Assembly: GCA_963665845.2 (NCBI GenBank)
Contig: OY762492.1
Coordinates: 1,568,001-1,632,000, forward strand
Reading direction: 5' to 3'
From: Candidatus Poribacteria bacterium
Lineage (GTDB): Bacteria; Poribacteria; WGA-4E; GCA-2687025
Length of the DNA stretch: 64,000 nucleotides
In this document: positions 46,107 to 55,961 of the stretch, one piece after another
How the letters are laid out: every line of letters begins with the position of its first letter
Position numbering within the stretch: position 1 is the first letter of the stretch
Made by a program: the position numbers and the translations under genes
The notes under the pieces: model-generated
Databases searched by the model: none
Told to the model about the DNA's origin: nothing
The model's input: the letters and a program-made list of their open reading frames with translations, nothing else

Positions 46107-46970
46107 ATGAAGAAACGAATTGCGTTGTGGGCGGCATTTGCCCTCATCATTCTCGCTCCGTTTATCTGGCTATTGATAAACAGAAGCGGGGATGTTGCTG
46201 TTGATCTTGGCGGAGCGAACAGCGGCGAAACGCTCCCTTCCCCGCGCGTCGCGCCGACAGAGAAGGCTGCGCCTGAAACGTTCCCCGCCCCGCCCATCAT
46301 GCCGACGGCGGAAGACGGTGGCGCGGCGGCAGGCGTCTATAACTTTGCCGGCTGGGAGGACGCGTACGACGAGTTTGCGCGGCGCGTCGGGCTTGAATTT
46401 GACAGACAGACAGCGGCGGGGGAGCTGCATGCGACGATTCGCGTCTATGAAATTGTGACCGATGAGATGATAAACGATGCGGCTTTTTCAAAGGCGATGT
46501 ACCCGTACATACCTTTTCCGAATCCTGCAGATTCGCCTGAGTCTGACCTGCGCATCCCGAATTATCTCTGGAATCCGATGTCCGTTTTACTGCGCTCCGG
46601 CAGAACGCTCCCCGACCGTTATTACCGCCGTACCACGCTGCCGAACGGCGAGATTTACAGGCGTCTGCCGCATCAGGAGCTGCGAATCACTTGGACGGAG
46701 CGGCGCGCGGCGACAGCGGAGTCGGAAGGGGGGCGTCAAAAGGTTCAGGAAGTGGAAGAGCTGATTGAGCGGCATTTAAAGCGGCTGGAGGCGGCGGAGA
46801 GCGAGGCGCAGCGGACAGAGGAAGAGGAGAACTTGAGAATTCTTCGATTTGTCCTCGGCAAATGGACAGAGACAAAGTATCTTGACCGTGAGAAAACGGT
46901 CGGCCCTGGCGAGTCGGTCCCTGATTACCAGAAGGAAATTATTGAGATCGACCTGGGCGTGATTGAGTAG
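46107..46970 (+). CDS. hypothetical membrane-anchored protein
   Basis: N-terminal TM, Pro-rich linker, coiled coil near C-terminus. Confidence 0.7.
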   Translation: MKKRIALWAAFALIILAPFIWLLINRSGDVAVDLGGANSGETLPSPRVAPTEKAAPETFPAPPIMPTAEDGGAAAGVYNFAGWEDAYDEFARRVGLEFDRQTAAGELHATIRVYEIVTDEMINDAAFSKAMYPYIPFPNPADSPESDLRIPNYLWNPMSVLLRSGRTLPDRYYRRTTLPNGEIYRRLPHQELRITWTERRAATAESEGGRQKVQEVEELIERHLKRLEAAESEAQRTEEEENLRILRFVLGKWTETKYLDREKTVGPGESVPDYQKEIIEIDLGVIE

Positions 46971-47059
46971 TTTGCCGGCGGCGCGTCGGGGCTTGTTTGG
47001 ATACGCGCGGTATGATCGGCTATACTCTCTTTAAAGCGGCAGACGGAGGGCGAAAGCGC

Positions 47060-48706
47060 ATGGACATAAAGCGGCGTCCGATTCTCTTGGGCATTGTGAT
47101 CGCAGTCTTGCTGATTGCGGCGGTGAACGGCGTCAAGAAAGCGATGGAGCCGGAAATCGTGCGCGGCGGCGTCTCGCGCGCGCATGTCGCGGCGCCCATC
47201 GTCAAGGGAGGGCAGCCTGGCGAACTCATGCTGGCAACCGTCTCTGAATACTGGCGCAACGATGAACGGCAGCAGACGTTGACCGTTTTCCGTATGGATT
47301 TTCCGTTTGTTATGGCTGTGTTCAGTCTGACGGAGGATTACATGGAAGCGGTCGAAGGGCCGGATCCGTCCGTCCTTGCCTACATCTCACGGGACAATCA
47401 AAACTGGTACCAAGCGTACGTTTTGGATTCGAAAAAAAGGGATGTAGAAGTAACGGATGTCGACACAGGGGAACAAAAGCGCGCCGCGTCTATCTTGCCG
47501 ATACGCGCATTTGAGACCGGCAAAATTAAAAAAGATCTGCGGTTTTCAGCGGACGGACAGTTTTTGTCCTACGCGGTAAAACACAAGGAAAACCCTTTCG
47601 TCTCCCGCCGCGAATATGCGGAAGTGAAGACCGGCAACTTTGGCGGAGTCGACACTTGGATGGAAACCCGCGGCATTGATGTCGAGAAGCTCGAATGGCT
47701 GCCGGCAAAGAAGCCCCAAAAGCTGCCCGACTTCATGACCGAGAAAACGCCGCGCATCCATGAAGAGACGGTTCCGGTCTGGTCTCCCGACGCGGAATAT
47801 CTGTACGTCCATGACGAAGAAGGCATTTGGAAGGTGAACATATACCCGGAGCGGCAGCATCTATGGGCGCTGTATTTGCCGATGAAGGATGTCCACGCGT
47901 TTCAGATGTCGGCGGACGGGCGCTATTTTCTCGTTGAGTTCGGAAGCGAAGAGGAGAAGAAGCGCAAGCCTGAAGCGTTTGATGCGCGCGGCGAGCCTGT
48001 TTGGCAATACGGCGTCAACCGAAAGATCGCGTTGATCGATCTGCAAAGCAAAGACAAGCGTCCGCAGCCTGTCGGCGAAGGGTGGGGCGCCGTATGGAGC
48101 AACCAGAGCGGTCAGTTTGCGTATTGGAGCTTGGACGGGCTGCATATCGGCCGTCCCGGCGGGAAGACGCGCAACATTGACGACGGAAAGGACCGGCGGC
48201 TTCGCATCAGCTACAACCCGATGCTTGCATGGTCGCCGGACGACTCCATGATCTACGCGCGCGGCGACGGCGGAGTCTGGCGGCTCAACGTGAAAACGCC
48301 GGGCGCGGCGTGGGAGAACCCATGCCCTTCGCTAAGAGCGGGATTCGTATGGGCGTTCAATCTTTCCCCTGACGGCCGCTATCTCTTGATCGAATCCGAC
48401 AAAGCCAACCGATTCGATGGAACAACCTTTACAACGGTTGCAAAAGTTGCGAGCTCTTGGGAGGAGGCGTTTAAGTCAGACTCTGCGCCTCTTGCGAATG
48501 ATGATATGCGTCTTCTTCAACCGGTCATTCTTGTGGATCTGGAGGGCGGAGAAGGCGCCGCAAAACATGTCGGCGACGGATGGGGCGCCGCATTCGATTC
48601 GACCGGTAAGCATTTCTTCTTCGCAAACTTTGACGGCAAGTACATGGGCAAAGTCGATAGCGGAGAAGCCCTTTATTTCAGCTCCACGTGGATTGACGGG
48701 TATTGA
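47060..48706 (+). CDS. TolB/PD40-like beta-propeller protein
   Basis: N-terminal TM; WSPD/FSADG repeats; paralogous to 49892 and 34818. Confidence 0.78.
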   Translation: MDIKRRPILLGIVIAVLLIAAVNGVKKAMEPEIVRGGVSRAHVAAPIVKGGQPGELMLATVSEYWRNDERQQTLTVFRMDFPFVMAVFSLTEDYMEAVEGPDPSVLAYISRDNQNWYQAYVLDSKKRDVEVTDVDTGEQKRAASILPIRAFETGKIKKDLRFSADGQFLSYAVKHKENPFVSRREYAEVKTGNFGGVDTWMETRGIDVEKLEWLPAKKPQKLPDFMTEKTPRIHEETVPVWSPDAEYLYVHDEEGIWKVNIYPERQHLWALYLPMKDVHAFQMSADGRYFLVEFGSEEEKKRKPEAFDARGEPVWQYGVNRKIALIDLQSKDKRPQPVGEGWGAVWSNQSGQFAYWSLDGLHIGRPGGKTRNIDDGKDRRLRISYNPMLAWSPDDSMIYARGDGGVWRLNVKTPGAAWENPCPSLRAGFVWAFNLSPDGRYLLIESDKANRFDGTTFTTVAKVASSWEEAFKSDSAPLANDDMRLLQPVILVDLEGGEGAAKHVGDGWGAAFDSTGKHFFFANFDGKYMGKVDSGEALYFSSTWIDGY

Positions 48707-48779
48707 AACGCCGGCAATTCGGCGGACGAAGCCGTACGTCGCCGGGATCAGGGGCGGCAATCCTCGAAAGGGAACTGAT

Positions 48780-49877
48780 ATGCTGAAGATTCGATTCGCC
48801 GCCTGTTTGACAGCCGCCTCGCTGTTGCTCTGCGCAAGTATGCCGTCGGCGCATGCCGTCCTGCCCCTGCCGAAGCCGAAAGAGGATGTGACGAAGCTGG
48901 ACAAGCCGACCATCGCCTATGCAACGCCTGAAGGGTTTGAGATTCGCCTCATGGATTGGGACGGAGGAAACGACCGACTCTGGATGGGCGACGGAAAGGC
49001 GAGGTTTTCAGGCAGCGCTTACTGGTCGCCGGACGGAAAGCGCGCCGCCGTGGTCGTGTTCGACGAAGAGGAATGGAACTACATCCCCTACCTGCTGGAT
49101 CTGAGGACCGGCGACGTCCAGAACCTACTGGAATGGCTTCCTAAAGGAGAAGAAGGATTTTTCACACACCCCTCCTGGTCGCCCGACGGGAAATGGGTTA
49201 CGATTATCAACACATGGTATAACCAGAACGCCGTCCCTAGAAAGAATCTTTACAAGGTGAATGTTCACACTAAGAAACATGTTCAACTGACCGATTTTCC
49301 GGAACGGCTGCCTGGATCAGGTTTCATGTCATGGTCGCCGGACGGTCAAAAAATCGCGTTCGACGCTTTGGAAGAGCCGTGGCTGAGGCTTGAAGCAAAC
49401 GTCAAATACGATATTTATGTCATGAACAGCGACGGGTCGAATATCGTCAATCTCACCGATCATCCAAGGGCGGATGCTTACCCGTCTTGGTCGCCGGACG
49501 GGCGAACGATCATGTTTGGAAGCTTGCGCGACGGTCCAGTCAACTTGGTTTTGTACATGATGAACTCAGACGGGTCCGGCGCGGAGCGTTTTATGGAGGA
49601 CGGGAGCTATATAGCCCATGTAAGATGGTCGCCCGATTCGAACTGGATCGTCTACTTCGGTGGGTCCGTTGATCCGAAGAATCCAAAGCCGCTTGGGGTT
49701 TACCTCGCGCATGTCGCGACGCGAAAGAAGAAGCTGATCAAGCGCGACGCAGCTTTTCCGACATGGGTTTTGGCGGGCAAGAGCCGTTTTCTCTCCATCG
49801 ATCTTTCGGGCAAGATGCATGAGCAGTGGGGAGACATCAAAGAGGCGGAGACGCAGAAAGAGAACGCCTCTGATTAG
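48780..49877 (+). CDS. secreted TolB-like PD40 beta-propeller
   Basis: signal peptide; five WSPD repeats, IYVMNSDG, LTDHP; C-terminal GKMHEQWGDIKE. Confidence 0.85.
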   Translation: MLKIRFAACLTAASLLLCASMPSAHAVLPLPKPKEDVTKLDKPTIAYATPEGFEIRLMDWDGGNDRLWMGDGKARFSGSAYWSPDGKRAAVVVFDEEEWNYIPYLLDLRTGDVQNLLEWLPKGEEGFFTHPSWSPDGKWVTIINTWYNQNAVPRKNLYKVNVHTKKHVQLTDFPERLPGSGFMSWSPDGQKIAFDALEEPWLRLEANVKYDIYVMNSDGSNIVNLTDHPRADAYPSWSPDGRTIMFGSLRDGPVNLVLYMMNSDGSGAERFMEDGSYIAHVRWSPDSNWIVYFGGSVDPKNPKPLGVYLAHVATRKKKLIKRDAAFPTWVLAGKSRFLSIDLSGKMHEQWGDIKEAETQKENASD

Positions 49878-49891
49878 GGAAGGAGCGGAGC

Positions 49892-51400
49892 ATGGAAAAA
49901 GCGAAGCAGGTTTTTCTTTCAATTCTGATGGCGGCGGTTGTCGTCGCTTTGACGACGCTGACCGTCAAAGCAATGCGCAATCTGCTGGGCGGGGTTGCGG
50001 CGATCGGCATTTCGCGCGCCATTGTCCCCTCGCCCAACAACGAATGGCTCGCCGTGCGAATGGAACACTGGAAGAAGGACGAGCGCGTCCGGACGCTGAG
50101 CGTCAAGAACCTGCACAACGGGATCTTCTACAGCTTGACGCCGGAATATCTGGAGATCGTCCAGGGTCCCGATCCGTCCGTCATCGCGTACATTTCAAGG
50201 GACAGCTCCAACAACTGGTACACTGTCGGCGTGTATGCGCCGGATAAGACGATTGTAGAAGAGGAGCCAATTCCGCACCCCTACCCGGTCGCTAGGTCGA
50301 ACACGGGTATTCTCAAGAAAGATTTGGCGTTTTCATCCGACGGCCAGCATCTAAGATTCGCCATCAGACTCAATTTTGAGTCTCTTGGCCGCATCAGCTA
50401 TGACTATAGAACGCTAGACGGCAGAGCCTACTTGACCGACGAACCGCTCAAAGGCGTTGAATGGCTTCCTCCTCAAAAGCCCGCTAAACTGCCTGATTTC
50501 ATGACGGAGAGGACGCCCCAGATCCATGAAGAGACGATTCCGGTATGGTCTCCCGACTCGGACGCGCTCTATGTCCATGACGAGGAGGGCATTTGGCGGG
50601 TCAATCTGCTGATGCCGCGCATGCAGGTATGGGAGCTTTTTTTGCCGATGCAGGGCGTTCGCGCATTTCGCCTTTCCGCCGACGGCCAGCATCTTTTAGC
50701 GAATCTCGACGGCGGAGACAGCGATCCGAGCGTTGTCTTGGTCGATCTGAAAAGCGAAGAGCGCGTCCCAAAGCGGCTCGGACAGGGGTGGGGAGCCGCG
50801 TTTAGCCCAGACGGGAAACGCTTTGCGTATGCGCATTCCGGCGGCTTGTATGTCGGAAGCGTTGAAAAAGGCGCCGCGCGGCGAATCGAAGCGTCTGAAC
50901 AGCGCAACTTCGGACGAAACGCCGCGCCGATATGGACCTCCGACGGCGCCGCTGTCTATATTCAATCCGACGAGGGCGTTTGGCGCGTTGACGCCGAGTC
51001 AGCCGAGAACGCAGAATGGAAACTGGCGCTGCCGATGGAGGAGATCGGCTTCTTTGATCTCTCCGCGGACGGCCGTTGGCTTCTTGCCGAAAGCGGGGAC
51101 GGCGTCAACATCGACCGTGTATTCAAGAATTCATTGCGGAAAGGTATACAGCACTATATTGATCGGCTTGGCAAGGAATCCCAAAAATACGAACGAAATC
51201 TCATACTGATCGATTTGCATGCCGCCGAGCCGGCGCCGAAGCATGTTGGATACGGTTGGATGCCTGTGATTGTCGGCGACAGGTACTTCTTTGGAACCTA
51301 CCTCGATATGTATATGGATTCGTTAACGGACGATTGGAACGTTCCGCGAATCCTATCTGGAGCTGGAGCCTCTTGGATGGAATACGGCTTTGATCCATAG
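49892..51400 (+). CDS. TolB/PD40-like beta-propeller protein
   Basis: shares GPDPSV.AYISRD and KLPDFMTE.TP.IHEET.PVWSPD with 47060. Confidence 0.78.
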   Translation: MEKAKQVFLSILMAAVVVALTTLTVKAMRNLLGGVAAIGISRAIVPSPNNEWLAVRMEHWKKDERVRTLSVKNLHNGIFYSLTPEYLEIVQGPDPSVIAYISRDSSNNWYTVGVYAPDKTIVEEEPIPHPYPVARSNTGILKKDLAFSSDGQHLRFAIRLNFESLGRISYDYRTLDGRAYLTDEPLKGVEWLPPQKPAKLPDFMTERTPQIHEETIPVWSPDSDALYVHDEEGIWRVNLLMPRMQVWELFLPMQGVRAFRLSADGQHLLANLDGGDSDPSVVLVDLKSEERVPKRLGQGWGAAFSPDGKRFAYAHSGGLYVGSVEKGAARRIEASEQRNFGRNAAPIWTSDGAAVYIQSDEGVWRVDAESAENAEWKLALPMEEIGFFDLSADGRWLLAESGDGVNIDRVFKNSLRKGIQHYIDRLGKESQKYERNLILIDLHAAEPAPKHVGYGWMPVIVGDRYFFGTYLDMYMDSLTDDWNVPRILSGAGASWMEYGFDP

Positions 51401-51466
51401 TTTCACCGGCGGCGCTGCTCAAACGCTTTGAAGGCGCGGGCAATGCGGAGCTGCGCATCATCCGCT

Positions 51467-54094
51467 TCAATCGCCGCTCTCCAGCGCCTGATGGAGAGCG
51501 TTGACCGCCGCTTCAAGCCGTTCGCGGTCCTGAACCTTCGCGCCTGTTTCGTCCGCCACATAAAAGACGCCGACGGAGCGGTACGCCGCGGTGGAGATCT
51601 TTGCGAGCGAGATGTCGAGATCGGCGTCGGAGAGCGTTTTTGCGATGGTGTATAAAAGCCCGACCCGTTTCGCCGACCTCACATCGATGATCGTATAATC
51701 GGCGGAGTCGTCGTTGTTGAAGCGCGCCTCCGGCGGAGTATGGGCGGTGCGGTGTTTTTGGGAACCTCTTTGGCGCAGGTCTTCAATATGCTCCTCGATG
51801 TCCAGCTCGCCTCGTTGCGCCTGTTCGAACGCTGCCGCGATCTGCTCTTTGAGTCCGACCGTTTCGCCGCCTGAAAAATGCAGCGTGTCGACGGCGGTTC
51901 CGTCCGATCGGGAGTTCAAGTCCGCCGACAGAACCTCCACCCCTGTCGCTGTCAGCGCCGCCGCCAGGTCGGCGAACATGCCGATGCGGTCTTTCGCCGC
52001 AAAGACGGCGGTTGAGTACGCTTCCGATTCAGAAAAGATACGGAGAGCGCAGGACGCGCCTGCGGCGAATTCATCCACCGCCAGCGTCTGCTCCGCAATC
52101 TCCCGTATCGAATAGAACGGCATGCGCCCGCCGCCCATCCGTCGAAAATGCTCATGGACGCGCTCTTTCCACTCCTCGCCGAGCCGCTCAACGGACGCAT
52201 CAGCCAGCGCATCCAGCTGCCCCGGCAACACCAGCGCTTCTCCGCGCAGGCAGCGTTCGGTCTGCGCGTACAGCTTATGCAGCAGCGCCGCCGACCAGTC
52301 GGTCCACAGCTCCGGGTCAACGGCGCGGATGTCGCCGTAGGTGAGCAGGTACAGCATTCGCGCCCGTTTCAAGGAGCCGATCTCTTCGGTGTACCTCTCA
52401 ATGACCGCCGGGTCGTCCAGGTTGCGCCTCTGCGCCGTGTTCGACTTCAGGTGATGCTTTTCAACAAGGAACATGACATCGCTGCGCTGGACGTCTCGAA
52501 GCGGGCGCAGGCGTTCCAGGGCGCGGTTTGCCAGCGGCATTCCGCGTTCCACATGCCCCATATCGCCGGGCGCGCCTTTGCCGATGTCATGCAGGAGCAT
52601 TCCGAGCCGCAGCGACACGCGGTCGTCGGGGTTCAGCGCGGAGAGAACAGGCAGCAGCTCGCCGTCTTTCTGCGCCGTCTCGACGACGCGGTCGTCTAGA
52701 TTCGAGACGGCGGCGAGGGTGTGTACATCGGTCGTGAATTTATGGTAATGGTCGTACCGGACTAGGGAGCGCAGCCCTTCAAACTCCGGCGCTATCGCCG
52801 TCAAGACGCCGAGGTTGTGCATGTCAAGCAGGGCGTCCCCGACGCCGTTTGGAAGCGCCAGCAGCTCTAGAAAACGGTTCTGCGTTCGCAGGCATGCGCC
52901 GAACTTGGGACCGACGCGGTGCAGCGTTTCCACAATCTGCTTGCGCGAGGCGACGCTGATGGGCGTGTCCAGCTCGGCGCGCTGGTAAAACATTTCCATG
53001 ACCAGCAGGGCGGCGTCGCCCGTTTTGAGCGCCTCCTCCAGCGCGCCTTGTTCAAACCGTATGCGTTCGCGCAGGACGATGAGACCCGACGATATCTGTT
53101 TGGCGTTGATCTTGTCCATTTTGCGGCTGACCCAGGTCGGCTGCCGCCGGCTTTGCAAAATCACCATCCGGGCGCATTCGTGTATCCATCGGGCATGAAG
53201 AAAATAGTCCTGCATGAGCCGCTCTTCGGCGAGCTTCCGCCTAGAGTCCTCGTATCCGAGGGCTTTGGCGACGCGCTCCTGAAACTGAAACGACAGCACA
53301 TCGCTGCGCCGTTTGGCAATGTAATGCAGCTCGTTCCGCACGCGCCACAGAAAATCGAGCGCCGAGGTGTAATCGTCCACCGCGCTTCTGGGCAGAATGC
53401 CGCTGTGCGCGAGCGCCGGTATCTCCCATAGACCGAAACGGACGCGGGAGATCCATTTGCTGATATGCGCCTCGCGCAAGCCGCCGACCCCCTCCTTGAT
53501 ATGCGGCTCTTGGACGTACAGCGTCCGGTCAGGGTTGCCTAAATCCTCTTCCCAGTCCTCAATCCTGTTCAGAATGTACCGGTTGGCGCCCCTGCGCATC
53601 GCGCGCGTTTTGATCTCCCGTTCAAACTGCTTATACAGCTCCTGATCGCCCATGATGTAGCGCGCTTCCAGCATCGCCGTCCGCGACTCGCCGTCCTCCG
53701 CCGCCGCCTGCCGGCACTCTGGAATCGTCCGCGCCACATTTCCGACATCGAATCCGACATCCCACAGATCGGTGACGATGCGCTTGGCGGTCGCCTCAAT
53801 GGCGGTTCTAGGGCAGTCGTATAAAATCAGCACGTCGATGTCGGAGTGCGGGTTCAGTTCCTCGCGCCCGTACCCGCCGAGAGCCACCATGGTCAGCGCC
53901 GTGTCTTTCGCAAGGATGTTGTCTTCGACGCATGAGCGCACAAGTTGACGGATGACCGTGTCGGCGAGGCGGGTATGCTCCTGCATGATCTCTCGACCGG
54001 AGACGTATCCTCCGCCGGACTGGTGCCGGTGCCGAGAGGCGATGCGTTCCCATTCCGATTCAATATATTTCTTGATGGTTTCTACGCGCGTCAT
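51467..54094 (-). CDS. glnD: PII uridylyltransferase/uridylyl-removing enzyme
   Basis: ALGGYGREELNPHSDID, EPHIKEGVGGLR, YHKFTTDVHT, LLHDIGKG, two ACT domains. Confidence 0.93.
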   Translation of the reverse strand: MTRVETIKKYIESEWERIASRHRHQSGGGYVSGREIMQEHTRLADTVIRQLVRSCVEDNILAKDTALTMVALGGYGREELNPHSDIDVLILYDCPRTAIEATAKRIVTDLWDVGFDVGNVARTIPECRQAAAEDGESRTAMLEARYIMGDQELYKQFEREIKTRAMRRGANRYILNRIEDWEEDLGNPDRTLYVQEPHIKEGVGGLREAHISKWISRVRFGLWEIPALAHSGILPRSAVDDYTSALDFLWRVRNELHYIAKRRSDVLSFQFQERVAKALGYEDSRRKLAEERLMQDYFLHARWIHECARMVILQSRRQPTWVSRKMDKINAKQISSGLIVLRERIRFEQGALEEALKTGDAALLVMEMFYQRAELDTPISVASRKQIVETLHRVGPKFGACLRTQNRFLELLALPNGVGDALLDMHNLGVLTAIAPEFEGLRSLVRYDHYHKFTTDVHTLAAVSNLDDRVVETAQKDGELLPVLSALNPDDRVSLRLGMLLHDIGKGAPGDMGHVERGMPLANRALERLRPLRDVQRSDVMFLVEKHHLKSNTAQRRNLDDPAVIERYTEEIGSLKRARMLYLLTYGDIRAVDPELWTDWSAALLHKLYAQTERCLRGEALVLPGQLDALADASVERLGEEWKERVHEHFRRMGGGRMPFYSIREIAEQTLAVDEFAAGASCALRIFSESEAYSTAVFAAKDRIGMFADLAAALTATGVEVLSADLNSRSDGTAVDTLHFSGGETVGLKEQIAAAFEQAQRGELDIEEHIEDLRQRGSQKHRTAHTPPEARFNNDDSADYTIIDVRSAKRVGLLYTIAKTLSDADLDISLAKISTAAYRSVGVFYVADETGAKVQDRERLEAAVNALHQALESGD

Positions 54095-55842
54095 GGGTCG
54101 GCTCCCAGTTCTCGTTCCGCTTTTCGGATTTTTTCGTCCAGCTCAAGCGCTTTCTTGTGGTCTCCCAGGGCGATGGCGACCCGCTTCATCAGCTTTGCCG
54201 CTTCGATCAGACGGTCTTGGTCTAACCGAAGGGACGCGAGAGCCAACAGCGTTTCAGGATGCTCCGGGTCGGTCGACAGGGCGCGTTGAAACGCCGCCTC
54301 CGCCTCCTCTATTTTGTTTAAGTACAGGTTGGCGGTTCCCTGCAGGTAGACCAGGTTCTTGTTTTCAGGCTCCGCCTTCAGCCCTTTTGAAACGCGGTCT
54401 TGGGCATGATCAATCAGGCGCGAGCGGCGCTCGGACAGTTTCTCCCGCTTTTCCGATTCCTCTTCAGGCAGCTGCTCAATTTCAAGCTGGGCGTTCTCCG
54501 CTTCTCTCAAGTATATTCTGGAGACCGCCTCGGCCGCCTCCGCCTTCGTCGGCAGATAGGCGCCTCGAAACAGAATCAGCGCCAGCAACAGCAGCGGAGC
54601 CGCCGCCGTCACCGCCTTCGACACCCAGAGCGTCTTCGCGTAAGACGCCGCGGACGGATCGTTTTCAGCCGCCCGAATCGCAAACTCGATACGTTCCGTA
54701 ATGGGCGGATGCGTCCGAAGAAAACGCGGCAGGCGCCAAAAGCGTCCGCCTGAAGAGAGGCTCGCGTTATGCAGCTTCGCCAAAGCGCGCGGGTACGCGG
54801 ACGGGTCGGACGCATTCACCGCGGCGAACTGATCCGCCTGCCGTTCAAACTGGCGCGACACGAAGCCGAGCAGCAGCGCAAAGTATGAAAAAAAGACCGC
54901 CGCGCCCGTTATCGTGATGCCGAGGCGCGTGTCCTTTAAAAAGTCCGGCATATACGGAGACATCCCCGCAAAGAACAGCAGCGCGACGGCGACGTAACAC
55001 AACGAAAAGAGCAGATACAACCGCAGATGCCCGCGCTGGATATGCCCGATCTCATGCGCGGCGACCGCCTCCGCCTCATCCGCGTCCAGCATGTTGAGCA
55101 GCCCTTCCGACATAAAGATTTCCTGCCGGCGCGGAAGCAGTCCAGCGGCGGCGGCGTTGCAAAAGCGCGGTCCCGCATGCCAGACCGTGACGCCTCGAAA
55201 AGAGAGGTTGTGCCGGTCGGCGACGGCGCGGATTCTCTCCGCCAACTCCCCCTCTTCCAGGGGAGAGGAGCGCCACATGCGGCGCAGCAGCGACGGCGCC
55301 AACGCATATGAGAAGCACAAAAACGCCAGCAAGACCGCGCCATAAAGCCATGGGCGTTCAAAGAATGCCGCTTTGATCTGAAACGGGGCAAACGCAAACA
55401 GATCGGTCAAAACAAGATAGCCCAGGATTGGAACGACCGGCAAGACCTGAAATTTGAGCCGTCTCGTCCATTCTTGAAAGCGGAACGGTCCGGCGGCCGC
55501 ATCGATGAGCAGCATGCCGAGAGCGAGCGGCAGGAACGCCGCCGTCAAGCGGACGGCCGGCAGCGGGAGCCATCCCATCGCCGCGTCGGTCAGCGCCGGG
55601 AGATGCCCTAAAAGCGTGTGGATCAGAAAAAAGATGTAGGCGAGCAGCTTGGCGCCCGCAGCGGTTTCGCGTACGTACTTAAAGGAGAACGCGCGCGCCG
55701 CTAGAGGCATCCCCGCCGGCGCCCACAAGCAGCACAGTATGCTGAACGCTTCCATTCGAATGTTCGCGGGAAGCGGCGCGACCCGCTCAACCGAAAGCAG
55801 CGCGATCAATCCAAAAATCAACGGCGCGCTCATAAAATACAT
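54091..55842 (-). CDS. M48 (HtpX/Ste24) membrane metalloprotease with C-terminal TPRs
   Basis: NAAAAG, AHEIGH, ERQADQFA, THPPITERI; TPR helices. Confidence 0.88.
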   Translation of the reverse strand: MYFMSAPLIFGLIALLSVERVAPLPANIRMEAFSILCCLWAPAGMPLAARAFSFKYVRETAAGAKLLAYIFFLIHTLLGHLPALTDAAMGWLPLPAVRLTAAFLPLALGMLLIDAAAGPFRFQEWTRRLKFQVLPVVPILGYLVLTDLFAFAPFQIKAAFFERPWLYGAVLLAFLCFSYALAPSLLRRMWRSSPLEEGELAERIRAVADRHNLSFRGVTVWHAGPRFCNAAAAGLLPRRQEIFMSEGLLNMLDADEAEAVAAHEIGHIQRGHLRLYLLFSLCYVAVALLFFAGMSPYMPDFLKDTRLGITITGAAVFFSYFALLLGFVSRQFERQADQFAAVNASDPSAYPRALAKLHNASLSSGGRFWRLPRFLRTHPPITERIEFAIRAAENDPSAASYAKTLWVSKAVTAAAPLLLLALILFRGAYLPTKAEAAEAVSRIYLREAENAQLEIEQLPEEESEKREKLSERRSRLIDHAQDRVSKGLKAEPENKNLVYLQGTANLYLNKIEEAEAAFQRALSTDPEHPETLLALASLRLDQDRLIEAAKLMKRVAIALGDHKKALELDEKIRKAERELGADP

Positions 55843-55961
55843 ACGCGCTCACCCAAGCCTGACATGCCGATACAAGTTTAGTATGGCATATTATAGGCGT
55901 ATGGGCAAGCGCTGCGCCGATGGGCGTTCCTTGTAAAACGCGGTTTGGGAAGGTCAAGACG

